A stretch of DNA of 64,000 nt from Basidiobolus meristosporus CBS 931.73 (taxonomy: Eukaryota > Fungi > Basidiobolomycota): NCBI GenBank assembly GCA_002104905.1, contig MCFE01000491.1, positions 1 to 64,000 of the forward strand, read 5' to 3'. This document shows, piece by piece, positions 1 through 12,635 of the stretch. Both the position numbers and the translations under genes were made by a program. The notes below the pieces were generated by a model, which was given only the letters and a program-made list of their open reading frames with translations, searched no databases and was not told the DNA's origin. Every line of letters starts with the position of its first letter. Position 1 is the first letter of the stretch.

Positions 1-520
1 CAGATGTGCCCATGGATACACCTATGCCTTTGGCACAAAGAAGCTAAGCGGCCCCAATGAGTAGGTGATCAGTTAAGTAAGGCAAGGTTGGGTTGGACAC
101 AACATGCAACTAATTTTTATTTGGACAACTTTACCACAGTATGCCAGGTATCTCCTGGGTACAAGCCATTTTCAACACCTTTCATTATTGGTTGGTGAGG
201 ATAAAATGGAACATTGGGACCTCCAGTATACCCATGCAGAAACTCATACTAGATGTATATTGGGGGAAGATGCTAGGATCACAAGACAAAGTTTGGGTGT
301 ATTTGGATGGACTTTGGTAAGAACATTGTCACCAGGTAAATGGTACAACTCTGCAATTGATTATTGGAGAGCCATCTACTATGTGTCAACCATTAGATCA
401 ACTCCTCTTTCAACCAGCTGATTAACTGCACTTTTATAAATGATACTTGAAAAGTTGACTAGCCACATTCCGGCACAAAAGATGTGTAGTTGTTGCCGAT
501 TAAGGTGGTGGGATTCAAAA
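1..520. repeat. CpG-poor degenerate sequence, probable transposon relic
   Basis: Almost no CG dinucleotides, like the TE-rich right end, and no clean protein family. ORF 104..421 has a weak resemblance (TLSPGKWYNSAIDYW) to Ulp1-like protease motifs carried by some DNA transposons. Confidence 0.25.
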
Positions 521-685
521 TCAGATCAGCCAGTAATTGAGCAAGTTTGGTTACATCTATTAAGCGAGTCACGATCCAAATATTGAGGATGCAAGTGTTC
601 TACAGGGTGCATTTAGAGAGATCGACTGAGAGGGAACATCATTTAGGTAAGTGCATCTGGAAAGTGACCAGGCGTCCGGAGCCAT

Positions 686-2062
686 CTACTCCAGGCCATC
701 TACCAAACTAACTGTAATGGTTTGGTCAAATGCCACGCTGGCACAAAGCCCAGGCTTGTCATGATTCCAGTCCACTGCGCATACTGGTTGACTGGATACC
801 TTGGAGGTTCCAAGTGCCGCCACCTTGCCATCGGAACCACTGTTTGGCTAGGTTAAGGATGACAGATGTGTGTGGTACAAAGACGATACATCACTTCCTG
901 GTCAAAAGGATACTATTTGTGAAGGGCGATACAACCATCGCCTCCAGATGTTACGAAGTACTCTGGGTTCTGTGGCAAATGTCGAATACTCCAGATAGTC
1001 GATTCGTGGGCCTGGATGCAAGAAGGTTAGCGATAGTTGACAAGGACATGGATGAGGGAAGTGGGCAACTTTGTATTCTGAATGGTCCATGCTTTCAGGT
1101 GTCCGATGGAAGACATGGAATTTGGACTGCACAGTGGTAGCAACAATATTGCTGCCTTGGGATGTCTTGTCACTGAACTCGAGAGAGCAAACCTGGTAGG
1201 GGTCGTGGAGTGGAGTTAGTAAGTGTAAAGTGTCGCTGGCTGATCGTCAGTCCCTACCCCGTCATTTACGTGGTCTCCCCAGACAAACTCCATGCTTCTC
1301 AAGTCAACAAGCTTGATGTCACCGTTATCGTAACCAATGCAAACGCTACGATCCTGATCACCCCAGGAATTTCCTACAGGAAAGGTGAGCCATATGCAAT
1401 ATATCGAAAACCCCTTCGAAGGAAAGCCCATACCAAAAGCCACGGCCCACACATCGACCCCTTGCTTGGCACCGTGGATCACAGCTACGGGGGAAGCCTT
1501 TTGTCTGGTATCCCATATCTTTACGTCCCCTGGACCGAAGGAGTTAGAGAAGCGTAACCGGGATGAGCACAGATATTAGGGAAGTACCGTCTCGACTGCC
1601 GGTGGCGATTTCTGGGGGTCCGTTCTTGGCGATATTCCCTCCACAACCGTCAATACAGTTGACTATTTCTTCGTGGGCTCTGACCGAATATACTGGCATC
1701 TCCATCCGCTCTAGATCCCACAGCGACATCTTTCCGGAGAAATCTCCGGTCGCAAAGTGACGAGTGCGTAGACTTGACGAGGCAAAGGTTCCACATTTGA
1801 AGCTCTCGTATTTCTCGGTCTATAGCCAAAGAGGGTTGGTGTAGATGGAGTTTCAGTGCACGGGCACGTTGCAAGGCAGCAAGGTTTAAATTACCTCGTC
1901 TAATAGGGACAATCCGTTGGCGTCTACATTGTAGATCTGGATCGTACCCATACCGTCGATCGACTGGCCGATAAGCGTCAGCTTGCTAGAAGATGGGATC
2001 CACTTGACATCGAACGCGATGGAGGGTAGGTTCTTCGTAACGTACGTGTGGAAGTTCGGCAT
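686..2062 (-). CDS. WDR92: WD40-repeat protein WDR92/DNAAF10 (Monad) ortholog, multi-exon
   Basis: Exons read MPNFHTYVTKNLPSIAFDVKWIPSSSK, HEEIVNCIDGCGG..PEIATGSRDG, WAVAFG..DRSVCIGYDNGDIKLVDLR and QPVCAVDWNHDKPGLCASVAFDQTITV*. All are collinear with WDR92 family motifs. ATG at 2062, TAG at 686-688. Confidence 0.92.
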
Positions 2063-3010
2063 TGGCGTGCTACAGATCGGGATGTTCTACAACAAAGTCT
2101 ATCCGCCGGCACATACACCGCAGATGAATCACACCAAGATTTCGACCGTATGTTTGCGCAGAAAATTCCCTCTGGTGGCGATAAGCCAATCATGTGAGAT
2201 TCATCAGATGCGTTAGCTCTCATGATGGGTGGATGACTAATCACAGGAAAGGATCTCTCGAGGCCACCATGACATCGGCTGATCTGCAATGCTGTGGAGC
2301 AGCAGAATCCGCAGATCGGACATCCATGCCTACTGCTCCCTGCGACGTCTGACGATGGAATGGCCTGTACCCTCGCCGGACCTGGCCTGGAGCCTTCTAG
2401 CTGTGGAGCGCATCCATGGCGCATGCTTGCTGAGCGCAAGTGGATTTGTCGGATAATGATCAGGCATGAATCATTCCAGCCAACGGAATCCGCGCAACGT
2501 GATGGCGGATCATTGATGTGCTTTGGTTTTTCAGGTGTGGAAACCGAATGTGCCAAAACGAGCCAAACCCTTACCCAAACCCTTTCGCCAGTGGATTTGT
2601 GGTACGCCATGTCATTAGAAACATTGCTTTGATTAAGTAGTCGTCCATGACGGTTGCTACGCAGTTGGGCTGATTCCATGTAACAATCTTGAATGTGGCT
2701 CTCCAACAACCAATATGGTCATTGGTTTGAGCATTCTGGCTTGATTCAATCAACATATGTACTTATTTGTCACACTAATCAAATTTCTCTAACCCAATTT
2801 AATCGATGTCGTCATATGCCCATCGAAATCTGCCTGAAATGCGTGAATCCCCTATCAACCATTCCAGTGCGATATTGTATTACCCAATTTGACTCCTGGT
2901 GATTGCGTTATCTTTTTGCACTCCCCCAGGTGTCGTAATACTCAAATAGACTAAATATTGAGTGGTCACTTGCTACGTACCTCACCTACCAACAACCCTA
3001 CTTCAAGAAT

Positions 3011-4796
3011 ATGGCCACAGCTAGCGCTAACCCCGAATGGACAAAGGACGAGCTAGAAGAGCTTGGAAGCGAAATCCTGAAAGCCAGCATCGAAGAGATA
3101 AAAAACAGGACCAGGCTCTTTGACAATGACATCAAGGTTTGCTCCCGCCTTCCCTCTCCATGCATGTCCTACCTGGCTGCACCTTCCCCCTGCCACCAGC
3201 TCTAAAGATCTCTTGTTTCTCCAGGTGATGCGCAGTGAGCAAATGAGACTGCAACACGAGCAGGCCGCCATGACCGAACGGATCAGAGAGAACAGAGAAA
3301 AAATCAAAATGAACAAACAGCTGCCTTACTTGGTTGGAAATGTGGTGGAGGTAGCTTATCCTTGAACTATTTCCGGTTTATGAAGCCTACTAACCATGTC
3401 TCTAGATTATGGATATGAATCCTAACGAAGACACAGAGGAGGAAGGTGCCAATATTGATCTTGACGCGCATCGCAAAGGCAAGTGTGCCGTGGTGAAGAC
3501 CTCCACCCGCCAGGTATTTGTCTCCGTCCCTTCTCTTGTTTCCCTGCAAAGCGTCTCACAACCAGCTTTTGAAAGACCATATTCCTTCCACTGATTGGCC
3601 TGGTTGACCATGACAAGCTGAAGCCAGGAGACTTGATTGGCATGAATAAGGATAGTTACTTGGTTTTAGATACTCTCCCTGCTGAGTAGGTCTCAACCGC
3701 TATCTTTCATGGTTCTGCTTTCACTAATTGCGGTCGATTGTAGATATGACAGCCGTGTGAAGGCGATGGAGGTTGACGAAAAACCAACTGAAGACTACAC
3801 TGACATCGGAGGCCTCGACAAGCAGATCGAGGAGTTGGTTGAAGCTATAGTTCTTCCCATGACTCATGCTGAAAGATTTAAGAACCTTGGAATCAAGCCA
3901 CCAAAAGGTAGATCACATGTGGAGCGGCTTGGACTAGAACAACACTGACATATCACATCCAGGCGTTTTGATGTACGGCCCACCCGGAACAGGGAAAACT
4001 CTGCTTGCCCGTGCTTGTGCAGCCCAAACCAACTCCACCTATCTCAAACTAGCCGGTCCTCAGCTGGTTCAAGTAAGTAGTCCTGGACGGCAGCCTCCAG
4101 ACCGGTGACTGATGGTCCCTCTTGTAGATGTTCATCGGCGACGGTGCCAAACTTGTGCGTGACGCCTTTGAACTCGCCAAAGAGAAAGCTCCGTCCATCA
4201 TCTTCATCGATGAGCTGGATGCGGTTGGTACCAAACGTTTCGACAGCGAGAAGAGCGGTGATCGTGAAGTCCAAAGAACTATGTTGGAGTTACTGAATCA
4301 ATTGGACGGATTCAGCAGCGACGACAGAATCAAGGTTGGTGCTAGATAACCCGAGCATGGTCCGGCGCTACGCCGTTTGCTGACAAAGTGTGTGTTTCAG
4401 GTCATCGCAGCAACGAACCGTATCGATATCCTGGACCCAGCGCTGCTACGGTCTGGACGATTGGATAGAAAGATCGAGTTTCCACTGCCTACCGAAGAAG
4501 CACGTGCCCGGATTCTACAGATCCACTCTCGTAAAATGACCGTTGGATCCAACGTGAACTTCGAGGAGCTTGCACGTTGCTGTGACGAGTTCAACGGAGC
4601 GCAATGCAAAGCGGTTTGTGTCGAAGCCGGTATGCTTGCCCTTCGCCGCGGTGCATCGGAGTTGAGTCATGAGGACTTCATGGACGGTAGGATTTGGATT
4701 TACGTGAGAGATATTGTTCTCGATACTTACCCGGGATCATTAGGAATCCAAGAGGTGATGGCCAAGAAGAAGACCTCGTTGAAGTATTTCGCGTAA
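3011..4796 (+). CDS. RPT5: 26S proteasome AAA-ATPase subunit Rpt5 (PSMC3/6A), multi-exon
   Basis: [39 protein letters not shown], Walker A GPPGTGKT (3976 region), Walker [25 protein letters not shown], and C-terminal [10 protein letters not shown]. Confidence 0.97.
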
Positions 4797-6111
4797 TCGT
4801 GCGATTCCCCATATTTGGTGGTTACCATTTCGTTCTGCTTTCGCTTCTCACCAGTGTACCCCTCGGTAGCTGTTACTCCGTTTGCAAAGCGTATGTTGAA
4901 TATGCCATCGGACATTCTAGTAGCTGCTTCTGACCAAAATTATTGCTAGTGTTTTGCGGGATTTCTACATACCTCGTAATATGTTTTCAATGAAATTCGA
5001 AATCTCTTTCAACCCCCGTAATACAGCCTCACTTTTTAGAGAGCGTTTCGTTGTTGCTGAATATATGTGAATCAACCAAATCCAATGTCCACTTCCACTT
5101 CTCTTTCTCCGCACGGATCACTGTATCTGAAGTGAGTCTATCTATTTTGGCTGCAAATGCCTTGTAATCTCTGCATTGTTGCGCTCAATAAATCCAAAGA
5201 CTGATTCAATCTTCACTGGGCACAGCGATGGTAGCTGGATATAGGTTGGAGGATTGGGCGAATGTTCTCTGGAACTCAATCTACAGCTCAGCCCCGGAGG
5301 ACTTGAAGCTATTGGTAGTCATATTCAGTTACTGCGAAAGACTTTTCCAACTGAGGCAAATAGACATTGACGGGAAGGCCGTCTCATCCCACTCCCCACT
5401 TATGCGATAATATAAGCAATGCCAGGTCAAGAGTATTCAGACCAAGGTAGGAAATGCAAGGGGGATTTTCGAGGAGTGCTGAATGGTGGATGATCGAAGC
5501 CAGCCGACCCTGGTGGTCCATTTTCGGCCTTCGGTAGCACCGATCCATCGTACGGATGGATCTTTGTTTTGCGCTTGAAGGGCCATTTTCATACACTCAA
5601 TATTATTCTCGAAATGGTAGGGGCTAAATGCTAATGGGACAATCTACATGTACGTGACCACTACGTCGCAAGCCCCCCATTCTCGCTTGGAATTGTATGG
5701 AAATTCAATTTGGAACCTTCTATTGATGCACCTTGCAGGCCTCGGGTACGATGCTGCCGAAACCAAGATACTACCCTACAAGACACGGCAGTCCCATTCT
5801 CCCCGACAGAATCTGGATAATCGTATCGAATCTCAGAGATTTCGGAACCTCTTGGATACATCCGTTAAGGTGACTTAGAATAGGTTAGTTGCATCCACCT
5901 AATGATCGCGGTGGCCACCCGGGGAATTACTTATCCACGAAATGATTTTATTGAAGAATGGATTTCTCTCTAGCTCATATCAGCGCACCTAACAAATTGG
6001 TATCTAACGGCTTACCGAAGAGCTAGAAATGTGAAAATGATGCGACTCACCCCTCCCTCGATATGGAAACCTTGCTTGGCACTCCCCAACCAATGAATTT
6101 GCCTGCAACAA

Positions 6112-7433
6112 CTAGTCAGCTCCCGACATCGATTGTGGCAGCTTGATCAGCATTTGCTGAGCATCGGACGAAGGGAATGAACGCGCTATCTCCATGGCAC
6201 TTTGACAGCGATTCGCAACAATCTCCGAGGTGCGCTCAAGCGCCTTGGTTTCACGGACGATGTCATAAACCTGCTCGAGGAGATGTTGAGTTCTAAGGGA
6301 GGTAGATCTGCTAACTTCGATTAGGGATTTACCTTGAGGACACTGGAATTGGATTCAGAGATGGCGCTATGCTTGATCAAGTCTTTCAACACAGGGCTGC
6401 GCTCAATGGCAAGGACCAGGGGCCCCGAGTAAATCGACGGGTTGAAGTCGCTCCTCTTCTCGCTGATGGCGGCCTTCCACTCCAGGAGGTCCTGATGAAG
6501 CTATGAAACGTGGTTAGAAGAGGGGCACCTGGATTTGGTGGGATATCCGCCGCTTACTTGAATAGCGATTCCCAGTTCTTTCCCATACTGATAGGCTGCA
6601 TCCACGATCTCAGACTCGCACTGACCTAGGATGGCGGCTGCTTTGCAGCTATTTGCCATCAATGAGGCATACTTGAGATATATCTGGTCTAAGCAGCACT
6701 CGAGAGTCAAGTTCTCGGTTAATGCCTCATCGGCCTTCATAAACTCCCCTTGCACTTGGTTCTCGATGGCCAGGGCAATAAGCTCCACAACTTCCGGGAC
6801 TCTCAGGCGAGCAAGGCCCATGGAGGCACGTGCGAGAAGGAAATCCCCTCCGAGGACGGACAATTTGTTCCCTTTGGCGGCAGCAGCCGTTTCTGGAGTA
6901 TTCTCCGACATGGAGTAATCCAAAACGTCATCATGGATCAGTGAAGCGGTATGGATCATTTCGGTAATTTCGGAGAGGCTGCGTTGCTCGGGTAGCGTGC
7001 CATTCGAATCTTTTCCCTTCAACCCCGGGCCGTTCACCGCACGAGACATCATCAAAACTATCAAAGGGTGGATATGCTTGTGGCTGTCGTCTAAATAATA
7101 TTTACTCATGGTTCGTAATATGGGGTGCTCCAGGTCTAGAAAGTCGGACATGCTGCTGCTTAATTCCGTGACGTCCTCACCAACGAGGGTGTCGGGATTT
7201 ATATAGGAGCCGCCGGGATGCTGCATCAAGCTCTCTGCGTCCTGTACGGCTTGAGTCCACGTATGAGAGCTTCTCAGCAGCGAGAAAGTGTGCTCTGAAT
7301 GGTATGGGCTAGCTGTGAGAGACCATGACTTCCAGCCAAGGGGATTGCCAACTTTCACCGAAGCCCGGAGTTTTGGGGCCTGACGGAGCAATACCCGACG
7401 GGTCTGGGAATAGAGAAAAGAGAGGGAGCTCAT
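6112..7433 (-). CDS. Mitochondrial trans-polyprenyl diphosphate synthase subunit, Dlp1/PDSS2-like (degenerate second Asp-rich motif), 3 exons
   Basis: N-terminal targeting-like sequence and EMIHTASLIHDDVLD (FARM) with GNKLSVLGGDFLLARAS. It lacks the RRG after FARM, and the SARM reads LHQDLLE in exon 2. Stop TAG at 6112-6114. Confidence 0.8.
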
Positions 7434-7994
7434 GTTTGGAAAGGATTCTACTGCTTCGCAATATCTATGGAAAAATCTTGGAAGACAGTTAGCCTCGCCC
7501 TCGAGAAGGACAGTGACCTCATTGGCATGTATTAAGACATCAGCTTACTTTTAGGTGCTTGCTGTGCGGACTGAGGAGCTACTCTGCCGCGTTCTACTGT
7601 AGAAAAAGGCAACGGCGTTGAACTAAAACCAAGTTAGGAGCATGAAAAATTTTGGTCAAGCAGCATTGATAACCGTCGCTCATTGGAAATTTCAAATCAA
7701 TTGAATCATTCCCAACTGATTTATAGTCATGGCGAATGCATTTAAGCTTCTCTGATAACGGGGTCCAACTTTGATTAGAAGTGCAGTTAAATTTAAGCAT
7801 TTTTCGCAATGGCCAGCAACACGCATACACATAGACAATAGAGATGGACTTCAGAATTCCCACAGATCAAATCTCTGGAGTTTGCTAGCCAACCACATTT
7901 ACCCCTATTTCAGATCAACTGTTTCAACTTATCCACGATGCAATGCGCCGTTTAAAGCTGATGTTCTGATTGCTAAGACAACAATATCGTCAGC

Positions 7995-8702
7995 ATGGTC
8001 ATTCTAACTTCAGCAGATGGCAAGGAATTTACTACAGACAAAGAGGTTGTGCAGAGGTCCAAGGTGTTGCGAGATATGCTAGAAGACGTTGGCGAAACAG
8101 ACCAACCTATTCCCGTGCCCAACGTAGACAGCTCAGTCTTGGAAAAGGTACGTCTTTACCAACGACCAACTCTTTTGTTGCATACCAACCCAATCGACTC
8201 CCGACTTTGGTCAACAGGTCTTGGAATTCTGTGAATATCATCGCAACGATCCGCTGGATATTGAGGATGATTCGGATGATGAAGGGAACAAAATCGACGA
8301 CATTTTGGAGTGGGATCGGAAGTTCATTCAAGTGGATGTTGAGATGCTAAAGCAGCTTATCTTGGTCAGTACCCACACAACACATACAACGTAACATGCG
8401 CTACACAGAAACTGAATTATCTCCGTTACTCGTTCGTCATTAGGCCTCGAATTATCTGGATATAAAACAGCTCTCGTAAGTCACGCAACACATCCTGGGC
8501 TCTCCTATACCTGTCACTTGAGCTGACATGCTCTCCAATGATATCTAGAGATGTGTCAACGAAGACTGCGGCTAGCCTACTCAAGGGAAAAACCCCCGAA
8601 GAAATCCGCCAACTTTTTGGCATTGAAAACGACTTCACTCCCGAGGAGGAGGAGCAGCTGAGGAGAGATAATGAATGGGCAGACCCAAACCTGAAATGCT
8701 GA
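7995..8702 (+). CDS. SKP1: Skp1-family protein (divergent paralog), 4 exons
   Basis: [26 protein letters not shown]|[29 protein letters not shown] and [34 protein letters not shown]. Stop at 8700-8702. Confidence 0.9.
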
Positions 8703-8967
8703 TGGCCCCAATAGCAATCATCAATAAACCTAAACAAACAGAGCTCACCCAACACCCGGGTTGCTTTTTGGCGAACGGGACCCGTTGCAACTCTAAAGTG
8801 GCACCACAGGGTGGCCGTAGGCAGCGAGTCACCATTCAATGGAATAAGGAAATTTATTTACATCAAAAACAATAGCAGCATATGAGCTTTATTACTCGGA
8901 TACAAAAACATCGGTCTTGGTGACGGATCTTGTTCTGAAATATGGCGGCGAAATGAGAATACCGAGT

Positions 8968-11687
8968 TCAGGTTCTCAACTCGAGCTCGATCCAAGACCC
9001 ATCCACTCTGCGACCTCTAACATGATTGGCGTGTGGCGAGAGTTCTAAGTCCATAATATAAGGCCTGGAAGGGGGTATTTAGAATCATGAATCGTTAGGG
9101 CAATGCTGGTATCGAAGAGAACAACGTACTGGGCTAGTTCAGCTAGGATGTTTTCCACCATCACATCGCACCGCAGCTCTTCTAATGGCAAATCACGGTC
9201 ACAGATGGGACACTCCCACATGGGTTTAATCGCATTGACTTGTAAATAGGCATGAAGGTCGAAGCACTGGCAGGAAGTAATAAGCGCGATTAGCAACTGG
9301 CTTGCTTCACTTGAGTAGAATCGGTTGTTGAAAACCTACCCCAACATGGCGGCAGCGTACTCCTTTGACGGGCGTGTGAATTCTTTGATGGTTGATGGGG
9401 CATCGAAGGCTAAGCCGGATGGAGGGTTGGAAAACCTTGACTTCCCGAGAATTGTCGTCGTCAAGCTCCCCGCTGTCCGATCGCGTGTCCTGCCCGTTAC
9501 TATCGAAGAATCGAGAGGGCCGGTTCGAGGCACCGGGTATGTTCCCTGGGTGCTTAGCGCTGTGGTCAGAAGCCAGGCTCTGCACTGGAATGAGGAAAAC
9601 ACAAAAATAAATAATCGGCGATCTCCATTACGCAGCCATGGCGCTTACCTAGTGCCCTTCCCTCCTCGGCCTTGATGCATTTGTTTCGCAGCTCGTTCAA
9701 CAAGAAATTGATTGACTTGTAAACGTTGACCTTGATGGCGACACGGACATTCTATCCAGGGCAGTGGTTAGTGAGTACCGGATTAATCAGGCTTCATGAA
9801 TCTATATTACCTGCAGTAACTTCAGGTTGCTTTCATTTCGGCTCTCGTTATCGGTGCTGAAAAGTAGTACATTCTTCTTGGAGCAAAAGTCTGAAACATC
9901 AATGTAGTGTCGCTCACGCTGCCTGTGTAGCTCAGATTCAAGTGGTATGTCGCAATCGTTCATGCAAAACCTGAACTTGGGCAACGGCAGGTTGATGTCT
10001 TTCTTGAATATCGTCAAAAACACCCCGACAGGCTCGAGGGACTGGGCCGCCTGGCGATTTCTACGGGTCACCCCCTGGTTAGACTGATTTGGAAAGCAAG
10101 GAACCATGGACGCACTTACTTGGATAGTGACCTCAGCTCGATATCCGATATGGTGAAGCATAACGGCGATTCCCTTGCCTTCAGGCAGGATTCCAGGGAG
10201 AGAAAAGATATGGGGAACCTCCGGAGAATTGGGAGGTCTCGAGATGGCTCGACCTGTGCCACAGGCTCGTAATCCTCCTCCTTAATTTCGACGGAGGATT
10301 CCTCGCGTCGAAGGAGCTCTAAGAATTCAATCTCCGCTTCGGTGAAATCATCCTCCGACTTGACCGAGGTGCTCTCTTCGCTGTTCATGGGGTTCACTGC
10401 ACCGCCAATCCTCCGAAGCATCTCACCCGTGTCGCCGATCGACACTTGCGAAACGCAAACCGCGTTGTTTATGGAGGTGTAGAGACTGGTGATGCTTTGC
10501 TCCGGGCTTCCTCGAAGAAAGTTCGAGTTGGGCTCCGCAGAGGATACTGTTGGATCAGGGTTGTATGAGAACTGCGGGTCGTATTCCATGGAGGACAATA
10601 TGGGTGGTAAATCTACAGGGTTGTTCGAGAGCTCGCACATAGTATAGTACATACGAATAATGATTTCTAGATAGAATGGCTCAATGGATGCACGAAAACT
10701 CATAACTCACGGTGAATTACCTCTACGCCGTGGCTGGAAGTGAAGGAGGTGTTGGCAAACAATCCTAAGCACCTGCCAGCCATAGTTGACGTTGTATCCA
10801 AGTCTCCTACTTTTACGCACTATAATCTGCCAGGAAAACCCGTTAGAACTCCAGTTGGGTTCAGCTGTGGAGCACTAAAAGCATGAACAAGGTACCTTTA
10901 AGCAGTGAATCAGAGTCTTCTCTGTGTGAAAGCAGTATGCTGAGTCGGTTTGGCACCAGGTGTAAAGCTCCATACACGCGTGAAGGTAAGTACGAGATCT
11001 GCTCAACTTTTGGGCCAATCCTTTGAGCCGGTTGTTTATTCCCAGAATGGTGGCATTGTCGTATTGGCTCCTTAGCTCAGACATGTTGATCCTACTGACA
11101 ATCACATCATCTCCTTGACTAGAATTCAGCTCGACTATTCTTGGCTCGTTCGACGATGTGTGGAACGCACTCATATTTCGAACGTTTTCGAAAGGACTGG
11201 ATTCTCGCTGAGTGGTGTGCTGGCTGGCATCGACATCCGGGTCTACCTCTTCTTGGAAAGCTGGCGGTAAATCGCGCTGGCAAGAAGCCCTCTCGGCTCT
11301 ATATGAATTGTGGGCGGGGATAACCCTAGGTGGCATCCGTTCAAACACAGGGCCTCTTTGGAAAGAGGGCTGAGCTTGGGTGCGTGCGGGAGAGGACATT
11401 CGTTGATAAGGATGTGAGCGAGTGCTCCCACGTCTGTAAGTGTTTAACCGTGGCCCCGAACCAACTGTGCTTCGAATCGACATTGGCTGTGCCGGGTACT
11501 CCTGTGAGCGATTGTCTGACAAGGAGTTTGTTCGTGAGAAAGTGTGTGGTTCAGATCGAGTGGGGCGAGTTTGAGGCGAAATAGGAGGGAAGGCTATGGA
11601 TTCTTCGACTAGAGTTTCTTCATCGGAATACTCTTCCTCCGGAGACCAGTAATCTTCCGTAGATTTTTTGTGTGCCTCGAAGTTCAT
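8968..11687 (-). CDS. SP-RING (MIZ-type zinc finger) protein with ZMIZ-like N-terminal helical domain, multi-exon
   Basis: SP-RING LRCPINHQRIHTPVKGVRCRH..QCFDLHAYLQVNAIKPMWECPICD, preceded by a PINIT-like segment. The upstream segment INNRLKGLAQKL..ACMELYTWC..EKTLIHCLK|IIVRKSRRLGYNVNYAGRCL resembles the ZMIZ1 N-terminus. The last exon ends ..WIELELRT* at 8968. Confidence 0.8.
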
Positions 11688-12635
11688 TCAAACAAGTGTT
11701 GGCCTTCGCAGCTCAGCGATGTATCAAAAAGAAATAAGTGCAGCGATGATTTTGAGAATAACTGGATTTATTGGTAACCATCAATAATGGCAATTCCTAG
11801 CACACTAAAATAAAAAAATGATTCCCTTGGTGGATCAGACCTAGACCACATTATCTAACTAATCTATCTATCACCGCTATTTTGGGTTAATACCAGTATC
11901 ATACTTGGATGCGCAGGTGTATAGCCAGGCACGGTCTACGCTATTTGAGCAACCAGCACTTGCCCACAATGGACCCGAGTTCTCAGAATCTACAGGAGCG
12001 GAATTTGTTTACAGAATCGAAATGGGATACCAGTTTGGATGGATTGGGATTGACCTTTATGCCCAAGTGCACACTCATGCACGCCTTCTCTTCAGATGAT
12101 TCCGAGTAAGACGAAAGGGCAAGGCCTGGATTCTCGCCGAATTCGCATCCATCGCTGATCTCGAAAATCTGCTTTATCGTGGATGGTGCATGTAGGTTAA
12201 CTATATTTGAGTTCGTTTGCCGATCGCTTAGATCGTTCTGATTCCCCTCTAGCAGATACCAGATCTAACTGTAAGAACGGATAATCGGAGTATTACTGTT
12301 TATCCCAGTGGCAGTGGATTACCTGATTGGATGGTCAAGCCCCTGACATTATCACGCGTCAAGTGTGCCGACAAACGTTGGAGATTATGCAGGTTGCAGG
12401 AAGCTCTCTTGACATTTATGGTCTATGTGTCTTGTTGAGGCCTTGGCAGAATGGCCTAGGCCCAAGACGTGCTTCGTCAGAAAATCAACACATTATTGCA
12501 ACCGTATTTAATGAGCTAATGATCGTCTGAAATATCACCTGATGATTCGTTCAGTTTAGGCAACAAAGCATGAAATGCATTGCTATGGAATTCGGTTTTA
12601 TCTATCCATTTGGCCTTCTGCATTATCAAGTCAAG

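Noticed and set aside
1978-2709. 243-aa minus-strand ORF
   Set aside because: No recognisable motifs, it overlaps the WDR92 first exon in another frame, and it lies in the divergent promoter region.
5030-5900. Possible small spliced gene on the minus strand (..DYKAFAAKIDRLTSDTVIRAEKEKWKW..)
   Set aside because: I could not join the fragments into a consistent exon chain or a known family.
11900-12210. RRM-like fragments (KGKAWILAEFASIADLE)
   Set aside because: The pieces fall in different frames with stops and there is no credible splice model.
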